Shown: piece by piece, positions 18,996 to 31,383 of the stretch
Numbering within the stretch: position 1 is the stretch's first letter
How the letters are laid out: each line of letters begins with the position of its first letter
NCBI GenBank assembly: GCA_964596165.1
Contig: CAZQTW010000014.1
Location: forward strand, 19,219-83,218
Reading direction: 5' to 3'
Length of the DNA: 64,000 nucleotides
Origin: an uncultured Planctomycetales bacterium
GTDB lineage: Bacteria > Planctomycetota > Phycisphaerae > UBA1845 > JAFGLZ01
Notes under the pieces: generated by a model
What the model was told of the DNA's origin: nothing
Database searches by the model: none
The model's input: only the letters and a program-made list of their open reading frames with translations
Made by a program: the position numbers and the translations under genes

Positions 18996-19262
18996 CTGAA
19001 TCCTCCTTTCAAGCTGTAAGGTGTTATGGAAGTGCCGATCAGTGTAGTCAGGGCGTGCCGCATGTCAAACAGCGCGACACCTGTGAACTGTACCCCCCCG
19101 GCAAGAACTTCGTTTGTCGGCATATTGGACGTTGGAAACATGGCGCCGCCGCGTCATAATCCGTCCACGGGGCTCGGCTCTCCGATGAGCCCGCTGTCCC
19201 CTTCGATCGTGATGACCGGGTGACCTATGGGGTAGGGTATTTGCCACCTGCAAGGGCGTTTC

Positions 19263-20582
19263 ATGCGAGGCACCGTTCAATTTCAGCGCGATCCGCACCT
19301 GGAGGAGATCCCGGTTGGCGTATTGCTGTATCTGGTCGTGGTGCCCCTATTCTGGATGCTACCGAAGCGGTGGGTGCGCGGCGGCATCATCGTCACAAGT
19401 ATCATCTTCGCGATCGTCACGTGGAAGCAGCCGCTGTGGCGCCTGATCATGGCGACGTTCATCGGCTATGGTTATCTCGTGATCAGCTTGTGCCGGCGGC
19501 TGGCGCCTGAGATTCACGACGATTCTTCCTCACCGCCGGCGAGTCCCCAGCCGGCGAACTCGGCACAAGCTACCTCCACCCGATCGTCAAGGACCGCCGT
19601 AGCGTTCGCCTGGATCGCCCTGCTCGGTTGGTTCATACCCACCATGCTCTGGGCGTGGGTTGCGTGGTGCCCGAGCACGCCGAAGCTTCGGGATACCTGG
19701 ACCGCATGGGTCAACGTCTGTGGCCCGGCCTATTTGTTCCTCCGGTTGGTCCACCTCTCGATCGACGTGGCCCGCGGCAAGATCGCCAGGGTGGGGTTCG
19801 TTGATTACCTGACGTGGGTCCTCTTCGTGCCGACCATGCGTTTGGGGCCGGTCATACGCTTCCAGGAATTCATCCCGCAGCTCGAGACATGGCGAGAGCG
19901 GCTGAACCTCCGGAACGCGTTGACCGGCTTGCTGCGCATCGTCATCGGACTAGTCCGATTGGTGATTGTTGTGAAGGCCGGCGACTACCTGGTCCCGGAG
20001 GCGGCCTGGCAGGACCCCGCAACGCTCAGCAGACTGTGGGTCCTGGCGACGGCGATGTTCGTGGCCTTCACGTTGTATCTGTGGACCTCCGGCGTCGCGG
20101 ATGTGGCCATCGGGCTATCGCGGATGATGGGCTTCGTCATCCCCGAGAACTTCACCGGTCCGTGGCTGGCCACCAGCGTTCGCGAATACTGGAAACGGTA
20201 TCACAATACGATGAGCTCGATATTGTTCGAGTACATCTATGTTCCACTCGGCGGCAATCGAAAGCACGTCTTCATCAACTACCTCGTGACGTTCGTCTTT
20301 TGCGGGCTCTGGCACGACTTTCGGTGGAACCAACCCTTGTGGGGCCTGTCGCAGGCGGTCGGACTGTACGTGAACCGCCGGTGGCATCTCTACTGGACCG
20401 CCCAACGCGAGGCCAAGACACACCGATATGAGGCGCTCCGGCGATGCGGCCTCGCCGGCGGACGGCTCAGCCTCGGCCTGTCCTGGCTGCTGACGACGCT
20501 CTACCAGATCTTCACATTCACCATTATGCTCGATCCGAAGTTCCCGGTGCGCCGTTGGGTGGGGTTCCTGCTGGGGTTCTGA
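19263..20582 (+). CDS. MBOAT family membrane-bound O-acyltransferase (AlgI/DltB-like)
   Basis: Polytopic. VREYWKRYHNTMSSILFEYIYVPLGGNRKHVFINYLVTFVFCGLWHD contains the conserved MBOAT region ending in the catalytic-type His. Confidence 0.8.
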   Translation: MRGTVQFQRDPHLEEIPVGVLLYLVVVPLFWMLPKRWVRGGIIVTSIIFAIVTWKQPLWRLIMATFIGYGYLVISLCRRLAPEIHDDSSSPPASPQPANSAQATSTRSSRTAVAFAWIALLGWFIPTMLWAWVAWCPSTPKLRDTWTAWVNVCGPAYLFLRLVHLSIDVARGKIARVGFVDYLTWVLFVPTMRLGPVIRFQEFIPQLETWRERLNLRNALTGLLRIVIGLVRLVIVVKAGDYLVPEAAWQDPATLSRLWVLATAMFVAFTLYLWTSGVADVAIGLSRMMGFVIPENFTGPWLATSVREYWKRYHNTMSSILFEYIYVPLGGNRKHVFINYLVTFVFCGLWHDFRWNQPLWGLSQAVGLYVNRRWHLYWTAQREAKTHRYEALRRCGLAGGRLSLGLSWLLTTLYQIFTFTIMLDPKFPVRRWVGFLLGF

Positions 20583-20624
20583 TTCCGGGATGCGTGTGAT
20601 GGTCTTCGACGTCAGGCCAACGAA

Positions 20625-20664
20625 AAGGGGCCTTCCGCAGCCATGATCGGGCGGAACGCCCCTT
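20625..20664. terminator. GC-rich hairpin between convergent genes (possible bidirectional terminator)
   Basis: aaGGGGCCTTCCGC (20625-20638) pairs with GCGGAACGCCCCtt (20651-20664), with 1 mismatch and a 12-nt loop. Followed by TTCGGATT. Lies between the MBOAT stop and the isomerase stop. Confidence 0.4.
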
Positions 20665-20670
20665 CGGATT

Positions 20671-21552
20671 CTACTTGCCCATCTTCTTGAGCCCTTCGAG
20701 GCAGCGTTTTACGTCGTCCATTGGGTCGGGCCCGGGTCGTTCGTGTTCGACGATGTACCACTCCGTTCCGCCGGCCTCGCAGAGGTCGAAAACCTCCTTC
20801 CACTTCACCTCGCCCTCGCCGATGACCGCACGGGCGCCTCCGCCGAATTCCTTGAGGTGGATCGTTGTCGCTCGACCGGGGAACTTCTTGAGTATCGCCA
20901 CCGGGTCGCCGCCGCCCTCCATGCAGTTGCCCGTGTCGAGCTGCATGACGACCTCGGGCTTGGCGTTGGCGTAGAGGATATCCCAGGCCGTCTCGCCGTC
21001 ATACTTCTTGAAGTCGCCGCCGTGGGCATGGTAGCCGACGCGCATGCCCTGATCCTTGACCTTCTCGGCGAGTTCGTTGAAGAGCTTGGCGTTCTCCAGC
21101 CAGGCCTTCTTGCTTCCCGTGTGCGACTTGGGCATGCCGGGGACGATGAGGTATTTGTTGCCGAGGGTCTTGTTAAACTCGATCGTCCACTTGAGGGCGT
21201 CGCCCAGCAGTGTATCCAGCCCCGTGTGAGTCCCGCAGCAGACGAGCGTGTTGGCGTCGAGCATCTTGCGGAGTTCTTTCGCCTTGCGGCCGTAGTAGCC
21301 CGCGAATTCGACCCCCTTGTAGCCCATCTCGCTAACGGCCCTGAGCACGCCCTGCAGGTCCTTGGCGCACTGGTGCCGGACTGAATAGAGCTGCAGGCCA
21401 ATCGGGATCTTCTTGGCGGCGGCGCCTTGCGCAGCACGAAGCAGCGCGGGCATCAGACCCGCCGTGGCCAGTCCGGTCGCACCGGCCCCAAGGAAACCCC
21501 GTCGCGACATGCGTTGATCACATTCTAGACTCATCGTTGTCTCCTTACTCAT
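20671..21552 (-). CDS. Sugar phosphate isomerase/epimerase (xylose isomerase-like TIM barrel) with TAT signal
   Basis: MSRRGFLGAGATGLATAGL TAT signal, then GYKGVEFAGYY...GYHAHGGDF...TIHLKEF. The second ATG (21534) has AAGGAG 6 nt upstream and may be the real start. Confidence 0.85.
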   Translation of the reverse strand: MSKETTMSLECDQRMSRRGFLGAGATGLATAGLMPALLRAAQGAAAKKIPIGLQLYSVRHQCAKDLQGVLRAVSEMGYKGVEFAGYYGRKAKELRKMLDANTLVCCGTHTGLDTLLGDALKWTIEFNKTLGNKYLIVPGMPKSHTGSKKAWLENAKLFNELAEKVKDQGMRVGYHAHGGDFKKYDGETAWDILYANAKPEVVMQLDTGNCMEGGGDPVAILKKFPGRATTIHLKEFGGGARAVIGEGEVKWKEVFDLCEAGGTEWYIVEHERPGPDPMDDVKRCLEGLKKMGK

Positions 21553-21555
21553 CTT

Positions 21556-21758
21556 TCATGATGAAGTCATGACCTCGTCACGAACCATGTGCAACCGTAT
21601 GCGAGGGAGCTCATGGGTAGAGTCGAAGTAGAAGACTCTGACGGCTTCTAACACATTCTGCTGAAGATCATCCCACGTATCAGCTTGGTTAAGATGTCTT
21701 CGCCCAGACACTTGGCCACGTAGCCGCCTTCGGATTCTTGCGTTACCTCGAAGACCAT
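21556..21758 (-). pseudogene. HicB-like/UPF0150-type antitoxin remnant, frameshifted
   Basis: From ATG 21758: MVFEVTQESEGGYVAKCLGEDI, then a shift of one base continues as QADTWDDLQQNVLEAVRVFYFDSTHELPRIRLHMVRDEVMTSS* (stop 21556-21558). The pattern E-GGY-A...TQ-DT-eL--N--EA is typical of HicB-like antitoxins. The local region has lower GC. Confidence 0.4.
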
Positions 21759-21952
21759 CTCCTGCGTTGTCGTTGTCCCTACAGAATGCAGATGCAGAAT
21801 CTCTCTTACGTACCCTATTCTTCGCAGGTTCTATCGGCGAAAGCAAGACATCATTGACTTTCGCAGTCTGTTCGCACCTCTGTAGGCGATCCCAGACTGT
21901 TGGCGATTCCCAGTGAAGTAATCCCAGGCCAGCCGGGTCCCCAGGCTCGCCT

Positions 21953-23440
21953 TCACCGTGCGGACTGTATGTACCCATAGTACCGCCCCATCCAATAGGG
22001 GAGCAGCCAGTAGACGCCGTCGCTTTCGGTCTCGCCGCCGTCGCCTTGCACGGTCAGATAGGGGTTGTCGTCCCATCGGATCACGCCGCGCTCGCTTGGC
22101 GGCAGGACGCGGTCGATCTGCAACTTCTCCATTTCCGGAAAGCGGACGATCCGCAGGTCCTCGCGCTGTGAGTTGTCGACCCGCCAGCGGATCAGATCGA
22201 GCGGAGCATCGCGGAGGAACCGGACGCCGGCGCTCAGATCGACCTTCCTGCCCGTGAGCGAAGCGTAAAGGAAATCGAAATACGGGCTCTCATCGCGACC
22301 ACAGGCCGCGTACCATCCGTCGAGGGCCTTGAGATAGACCTCGCGAAGCCTCGGGTCGCTTTCGTGCAATAGCAATGCCGGCCAGGCCAGCGCGAGCAGT
22401 TCGTCGTCAATGTGTGTTCGCCAGGCCGGGTCCGTCGTCTTGGCTCGAAGCACGTTCTTTGCGTAGTTGTGCTTGTGCAGCAGTTCGAGGTAGTGGCGCT
22501 GGTACTTCTCGTCGCCGGTCATGCGGTAGGTGGCCTTCAGGTAGGAGAGAATTTCCACCGAGTTGATCCCTCGTTCGAACTGCCAGTCGGGATCGCCGTT
22601 AAGCTTCTCCGGGCTCCAAACGGCCCACCGCGTGTGTGTGCCGTCCAGGTCCTTGAGCGTGTATCCGCCGTCGATGATGGCATCCATGACGCGACGGACG
22701 TGGGCCGCCACGCGGACTCGCTCTGTTTCGTTCGCCGCCAGATCGTAGTACGTCAGGTAGCCGTAGAAGTGCCCCGTGATCTCATCGCTGCTGGTATCGC
22801 CTTTCCACAACCACTTGCCGTCCTTCGATGGCCGCCAGCGAACGGGGACGTACTTGCTCCTGGGATCCTGGATTCGCTCGTTGGTCACCTCCCGATCCGA
22901 GAGTGTCCTGTTGGCGTCGGCCATTTGCGTCCACGTCGCCGGTATGACCGTTCGGGCGACGAATCCGGCCGTTTCCGTGACCGTGTGGAGAAACTTCAGC
23001 GCATCAAACGCACGGCGAGCGTTTGCCCTGGCCGATGGGTCCTTCGTTGCCGCATACCGAAAGGATTCCATGCCCAGGTACATGGCTGTGTATTGGCCGT
23101 CGTTGTCGTCGTCGCGCGGCTTCCAGGTTCGGACGTCCCCGGGGGTTTCGAGCCGACACTTCTCGACCAGGCCGGGCTCGCGAATGTGTCGAGCCATGCA
23201 GACACTCAGGTAGTGACCGGCCTTGGCGGCAAGCGTTGTCGTTGCCCGACGAATCGCGCTCACGCCGCCGGCCGTGGCGATCCATGCCGTTCCTTCGGCG
23301 TCGAAGCAGACGTCGCGGACTTCGTCGTTGAGCAGCCAACGTCGGCTGTGGCGGAAAGACCAGGCGTGTCCGTCGTATCGGGCCACGCCAATCGGCGTAC
23401 CGACCCACATGCCCCCGGGACCCTGTCGGATGCATCGCAC
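21953..23440 (-). CDS. C-terminal part of a beta-propeller (Reg_prop repeat) protein with a large uncharacterised C-terminal domain
   Basis: Begins inside a repeat (VRCIRQGPGGMWVGTPIGVARYDG, VRDVCFDAEGTAWIATAGGVSAI). It is in the same frame as 23528-24244, separated only by one TAG. Confidence 0.75.
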   Translation of the reverse strand: MRCIRQGPGGMWVGTPIGVARYDGHAWSFRHSRRWLLNDEVRDVCFDAEGTAWIATAGGVSAIRRATTTLAAKAGHYLSVCMARHIREPGLVEKCRLETPGDVRTWKPRDDDNDGQYTAMYLGMESFRYAATKDPSARANARRAFDALKFLHTVTETAGFVARTVIPATWTQMADANRTLSDREVTNERIQDPRSKYVPVRWRPSKDGKWLWKGDTSSDEITGHFYGYLTYYDLAANETERVRVAAHVRRVMDAIIDGGYTLKDLDGTHTRWAVWSPEKLNGDPDWQFERGINSVEILSYLKATYRMTGDEKYQRHYLELLHKHNYAKNVLRAKTTDPAWRTHIDDELLALAWPALLLHESDPRLREVYLKALDGWYAACGRDESPYFDFLYASLTGRKVDLSAGVRFLRDAPLDLIRWRVDNSQREDLRIVRFPEMEKLQIDRVLPPSERGVIRWDDNPYLTVQGDGGETESDGVYWLLPYWMGRYYGYIQSAR

Positions 23441-23527
23441 ATCGGGGTGCGGGAGTCCTTCCTTCGGCGTGAGCCGGCCAAGGGGTTTGCTGTCCTTGAA
23501 CAGGGCGACGCCCCCCAGGCACCCGAT

Positions 23528-24244
23528 CTACAGGGTTCCGTCCGGGGCATGGGCCAGCCCACGCACGCGTGCGCTGACCAGACCCGCATCGGTCTGGAAG
23601 CACCGTGTACCCTTGGCCGTCCAGTGGTACAAGCCAGGGTCGGTCGCGATCCATAGGCCCCCCTTGCCGTCCGAAAGCACGGTCCGCACACTCCGCGCAC
23701 AGGGCAGCGGTTCTTGCCCAACCTTGGCGTCTCGAACGCGCCACAGGCCGTCGGGTCCCAGCGCCACGATGTCCTTGTCCACTGTGCAGATGGCCGATAT
23801 GGGGTGTGTTATCCCTTCGACCTTCGCCAGACCCGTGCCGACGGATCGATAGAGGCCATTCCAGGCGCCGGCCCAGACCGTTCCGTTCTTATCCGTGGTT
23901 GCGGCAAACGCCGGACCGGCGTCCGCCTCGGCCATCACGGCCGACCATTGCCTCTTGTCCTTGTCGAGCCTGAAGACACCGGCCTGTGTCGCCGCCCAGA
24001 CGCCGCCTGCGGGATCGACCGCCACCGCCCGGACGTCGCTTGCCCCGGCTGGTTCGCCAAGCGGATAGCCCTCGTGCGTCTCCTGGACAAAAGGGGTGTC
24101 CGCGATGGGTGTCCGAACCGTCTCCGCGCAGACAGTCCCCGCGATGCCCGACAACCACACGACCACTGTGCACGCTCGATTCATCATGGCGCTTCGCCAC
24201 GCCGCAGGCACGTTCAAGCCGGCGAGGCGGCCCCAGCATACCAC
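23528..24244 (-). CDS. N-terminal part of the same beta-propeller protein (signal peptide plus Reg_prop repeats), ended by an in-frame TAG
   Basis: Signal-like MMNRACTVVVWLSGIAGTVCA (likely start 24187). Repeats include VRAVAVDPAGGVWAATQAGVFRL, DKNGTVWAGAWNGLYR and SDGKGGLWIATDPGLYHW. It ends ...HAPDGTL-TAG. Confidence 0.75.
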   Translation of the reverse strand: MVCWGRLAGLNVPAAWRSAMMNRACTVVVWLSGIAGTVCAETVRTPIADTPFVQETHEGYPLGEPAGASDVRAVAVDPAGGVWAATQAGVFRLDKDKRQWSAVMAEADAGPAFAATTDKNGTVWAGAWNGLYRSVGTGLAKVEGITHPISAICTVDKDIVALGPDGLWRVRDAKVGQEPLPCARSVRTVLSDGKGGLWIATDPGLYHWTAKGTRCFQTDAGLVSARVRGLAHAPDGTL

Positions 24245-24368
24245 GAGGAATCCCTAGCGGCGACGATGAACGGCGATTGAGCGCGAGCGACGCGACAGGG
24301 GGCTGGCCAAGCCCACTCTACCCTCATATTATCTAGTTCTTGCTGTCTTTCCATAGGAGGAACCGACC

Positions 24369-25349
24369 ATGACGCGCGGACGCCATCGTTCAGCAACCAG
24401 GCCGATCTATAACCACCGGTCCGTGGTGCCCCTCGGTGCGAGGCTCGCTACCGCGGTGGCACTTGCCGGGTCCGTCTTGCTGCCCTTTAAGGCGGCGCCC
24501 GCTCAGACGGCCGAAGACGGGTATCGCCCCAAGCTGTGCGTCGGACTTTACGCGTGGGTTCAGGACCGCGGCAAGAAGGGGACGAACCTTTGGGACGATC
24601 TCGACGCCGTGTTCGGTGAAGTCCGTGCGGCGGGCTTCAACGCCGTCGAAGGGTTCCTCGGTGATTTCTTCGGCGATGACGCGCGGGCCGAACGGACGCG
24701 TCAACTTGCGGCCAAACATCAAATCACGTTGGCGGGGCTGTACCACGGCGGGAAATTTTACGAGGAAGAGGCCGGCAAGAAGGCTATTGCCTCCATTCTC
24801 GAAATGGCCGGACGTGCCAAGGCATCGCCCAACCCTTTCATCGACGTGAATCCGGATCCGTTGCCGGGGGGGGCGAAGAAGTCCGACGAGCAACTCGCCA
24901 TCCAGGTTCGGTTGCTGAACGAATTGGGCAAGCAACTGGCGGAAATGGGCATGCAGCTCGTCATTCACCAGCACGCGCCGGAGATTCACCACAACGCCCG
25001 TGAACATCGCTACAACGTCCAACACGTCGACCCTGCCTTCGTCGGGTTTTGCATCGATCCGGACTGGTTCAAGCGCGGCGGATGTGATCCCGTGGAGCTG
25101 ACCAAGGCGACCGGCCGCAAGATCAAGGCGGTTCACCTTCGCAACGGCAAGGATGGCGTCTGGCTGGAAACCCTCGGGCCGGGTGACGTGGACTACGAGG
25201 CCATCGCGAAATACCTGCGAGAGATCAAGTTCACCGGATGGCTTTCGCTCGAACTGGCCGTGGAGCCGCGCACCAAGGTCACGCGCGGCATCGTGGAGAA
25301 TCACCGCCTCGGGCGCGAGTATCTCGAGTCGGTTTTTCTCGGCAAGTAG
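24369..25349 (+). CDS. Sugar phosphate isomerase/epimerase family (xylose isomerase-like TIM barrel), secreted
   Basis: RBS AGGAGG. N-terminal signal-like ATAVALAGSVLLPFKAAPAQT. GFNAVEGF...LVIHQHAPE...AVHLRNGK...WLSLEL pattern of the AP_endonuc_2 fold. Confidence 0.8.
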   Translation: MTRGRHRSATRPIYNHRSVVPLGARLATAVALAGSVLLPFKAAPAQTAEDGYRPKLCVGLYAWVQDRGKKGTNLWDDLDAVFGEVRAAGFNAVEGFLGDFFGDDARAERTRQLAAKHQITLAGLYHGGKFYEEEAGKKAIASILEMAGRAKASPNPFIDVNPDPLPGGAKKSDEQLAIQVRLLNELGKQLAEMGMQLVIHQHAPEIHHNAREHRYNVQHVDPAFVGFCIDPDWFKRGGCDPVELTKATGRKIKAVHLRNGKDGVWLETLGPGDVDYEAIAKYLREIKFTGWLSLELAVEPRTKVTRGIVENHRLGREYLESVFLGK

Positions 25350-25366
25350 CGATTCCGTGAGGTCTG

Positions 25367-26137
25367 TCACCTGGAGGTTGGCTGTCCGGGCGGGCGAAGC
25401 AGGACCACGGCCAGCCGGCGATCCGTGCGGTACGGATCGCCGCCGCCGTTGCGGCCTTCCGACTGCGGCTGAAAGCCGTCGAGCCACTCCATACCGGCAA
25501 GGAAGCCGGTTTCCCGCAGATCCCGTACGAGCTTATCCCGTTCGGCGTCAACATCCGCTGCGACGTGGTGCGTGATCTGCCCCGTCGTTCTGCTGACTTC
25601 CACCGACGTGTCATACGTTGCGGATCCGATCCAGAGCGGCTGTCCCAGGTCATCCTTGACGGCCGACTGCCAGAAGCGGACGTGATGTCGCCGTCGCGGA
25701 TCATGTCCCACCGGTTGCTCGAAGGCCTTGTCCTCCTTGCGCCCCCACACGTAGAGGTTGCTGACCGGCGCATGAGGGTAGGGACGGCGCAGGACGACTC
25801 CCTCGGCCATTCGCACGGCGCTCTCCGGCGTGATCGGATCGGCCGAATACCACCCCGCAGCCAACATGGCCTTTGTGAGTTCAACGTCGGTGCCGATGAT
25901 GGCGACGTTCAGAGGATCGCCCTGAATGCCGCTATGCGTGTAGGCGTGACGCGGCACATCCTGGAGTGCGGGATGGAGCGACCGCGTGTGCCACCGCCAC
26001 CAGCCCGGCATCGCGACGTACGCGAACAGCAGATAGACGAGGACCGCCAGTGCGACGGCCCTGAAGCTGTATCGGATCCTTGAACGGTGGCGACTCCTTC
26101 CGTTCGATTGGGCCGTTCTGTGGCGGACATCGCTCAT
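25367..26137 (-). CDS. LssY_C (LssY-like C-terminal) domain protein, membrane anchored
   Basis: One N-terminal TM helix (AVALAVLVYLLFAYVAM), then GDPLNVAIIG...LYVWGRKEDKAFEQPVG...RHHVRFW...PLWIGSATYDTSVEVS..TGQITHHVAADVDAERD, which I recognise as the LssY_C family pattern. Confidence 0.7.
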   Translation of the reverse strand: MSDVRHRTAQSNGRSRHRSRIRYSFRAVALAVLVYLLFAYVAMPGWWRWHTRSLHPALQDVPRHAYTHSGIQGDPLNVAIIGTDVELTKAMLAAGWYSADPITPESAVRMAEGVVLRRPYPHAPVSNLYVWGRKEDKAFEQPVGHDPRRRHHVRFWQSAVKDDLGQPLWIGSATYDTSVEVSRTTGQITHHVAADVDAERDKLVRDLRETGFLAGMEWLDGFQPQSEGRNGGGDPYRTDRRLAVVLLRPPGQPTSR

Positions 26138-26186
26138 CAGCCATCCCGCGCCGGCCGGCGGGCCGATGACCTGCCGGCGCCCAACC

Positions 26187-30165
<3,979 letters not shown>

Positions 30166-30325
30166 CTATATTCCAGCGGGCGGATTGAGGGGCCCGGACG
30201 GTGGTGCCGGTCTTTGCAAGACCGTGGAAAGTCGTCCTATCCCCGTGGGGTCGCAATCGATACTATCACCGGCCTGAGGTGATGTGTTTTGTTTGGGTCC
30301 AAGGACACGCGAGGAAACGCCAGCC

Positions 30326-31309
30326 ATGATCAAGGTCGCCATTACCGACTACACATTCGACACGCTCGACATCGAGAGGGGCATTCTCGAACCGCTCGGC
30401 TGTAAGGTTGTGGGTCGTCGGTGCAAGACGCCGGCGGAGCTGATCGAGCTGACTTCGGATGCGGATCACGTCATCACGCAGTTTGCCCCGGTGAATGCCG
30501 AGGTCGTCAAGGCGATGACCAAGGCCCGGGTGATTGTTCGCTACGGCATCGGCGTCGACAACGTCGACCTCGAGGCGGCTCGGGAAAAGGGAATTCCGGT
30601 CTGCAACGTGCCGGATTACTGTATCGACGAAGTGGCGGATCACACCCTGGCGTTCATCCTGGCATCCACGCGGGGTATTGTTCCGAACGATGCCACCATC
30701 CGCAAGGGAAAGTGGGGGCTGGCGGTCGCATTGCCCGCCATGAAGACACTGCGCGATCTGACCGTCGGCGTCATCGGGTTCGGGCGGATCGGTCGTGAGG
30801 TTGTCCGACGGCTCGTCGCGTTCAAGTGTTGCGTGCTGGTTCGCGATCCGGTGGTGTCGGCTTCGGAGATCCAACGGGAGGGCGGAAAGCCGGCCGAACT
30901 GGACCGCCTTCTTGCCGAAAGCGACGTCATCACGCTTCACTGCCCTTCGGTCCCCGAAGCGCGCGGCATCATCAACCGGCAGACCATCGCGAAGATGAAG
31001 CGGGGGGCGATACTTGTCAACGTGGGACGGGGCACGCTCGCCGATTCCGCCGCGATTGTCGAGGCGCTGGAATCGGGCCATCTGGGCGGCGTGGCCGTCG
31101 ACGTCTGGGACCCGGAGCCGATTCCGGCGAACAGCCCGTTGCTCACGAGGGACAACGTGGTCGTCAGCGCTCACATTGCATCGGCCAGTGCGAAGGCCGT
31201 TCAGAAACTTCGCGAGTCGGCGGCGAACATCGCTGCCTGCTCGGTCAGGGGTGAGCCGCTGCCGAACATCGTCAATGGCGTGACGCCCCGCGCCGGTCGG
31301 AAAGAATAG
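30326..31309 (+). CDS. D-isomer-specific 2-hydroxyacid dehydrogenase (CtBP/PGDH-like)
   Basis: MIKVAITDYTF start. NAD motif VGVIGFGRIGREV. ...ITLHCP......GAILVNVGRG......LGGVAVDVW..EP......HIASAS. Confidence 0.9.
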   Translation: MIKVAITDYTFDTLDIERGILEPLGCKVVGRRCKTPAELIELTSDADHVITQFAPVNAEVVKAMTKARVIVRYGIGVDNVDLEAAREKGIPVCNVPDYCIDEVADHTLAFILASTRGIVPNDATIRKGKWGLAVALPAMKTLRDLTVGVIGFGRIGREVVRRLVAFKCCVLVRDPVVSASEIQREGGKPAELDRLLAESDVITLHCPSVPEARGIINRQTIAKMKRGAILVNVGRGTLADSAAIVEALESGHLGGVAVDVWDPEPIPANSPLLTRDNVVVSAHIASASAKAVQKLRESAANIAACSVRGEPLPNIVNGVTPRAGRKE

Positions 31310-31383
31310 AGGAGTCCCCTGTTTCGATGCGGCTCACAGATTGCTCTGTCAAGAAGGACTTGGACAACGAAGGTGGGGCGGCG

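Noticed and set aside
23528-23530. Possible TAG reassignment or pyrrolysine-type recoding, prompted by the in-frame TAG and by MtaA-like genes in the window
   Set aside because: TAG terminates many well-delimited genes here at family-typical C-termini (recQ 16124, kdgK 33546, eda 34268, E1 beta 38467, recO-neighbour genes, and the GH2 and FGGY genes). The interrupted position aligns with a conserved Trp, which is one transition from TGG. No pyl genes were seen.
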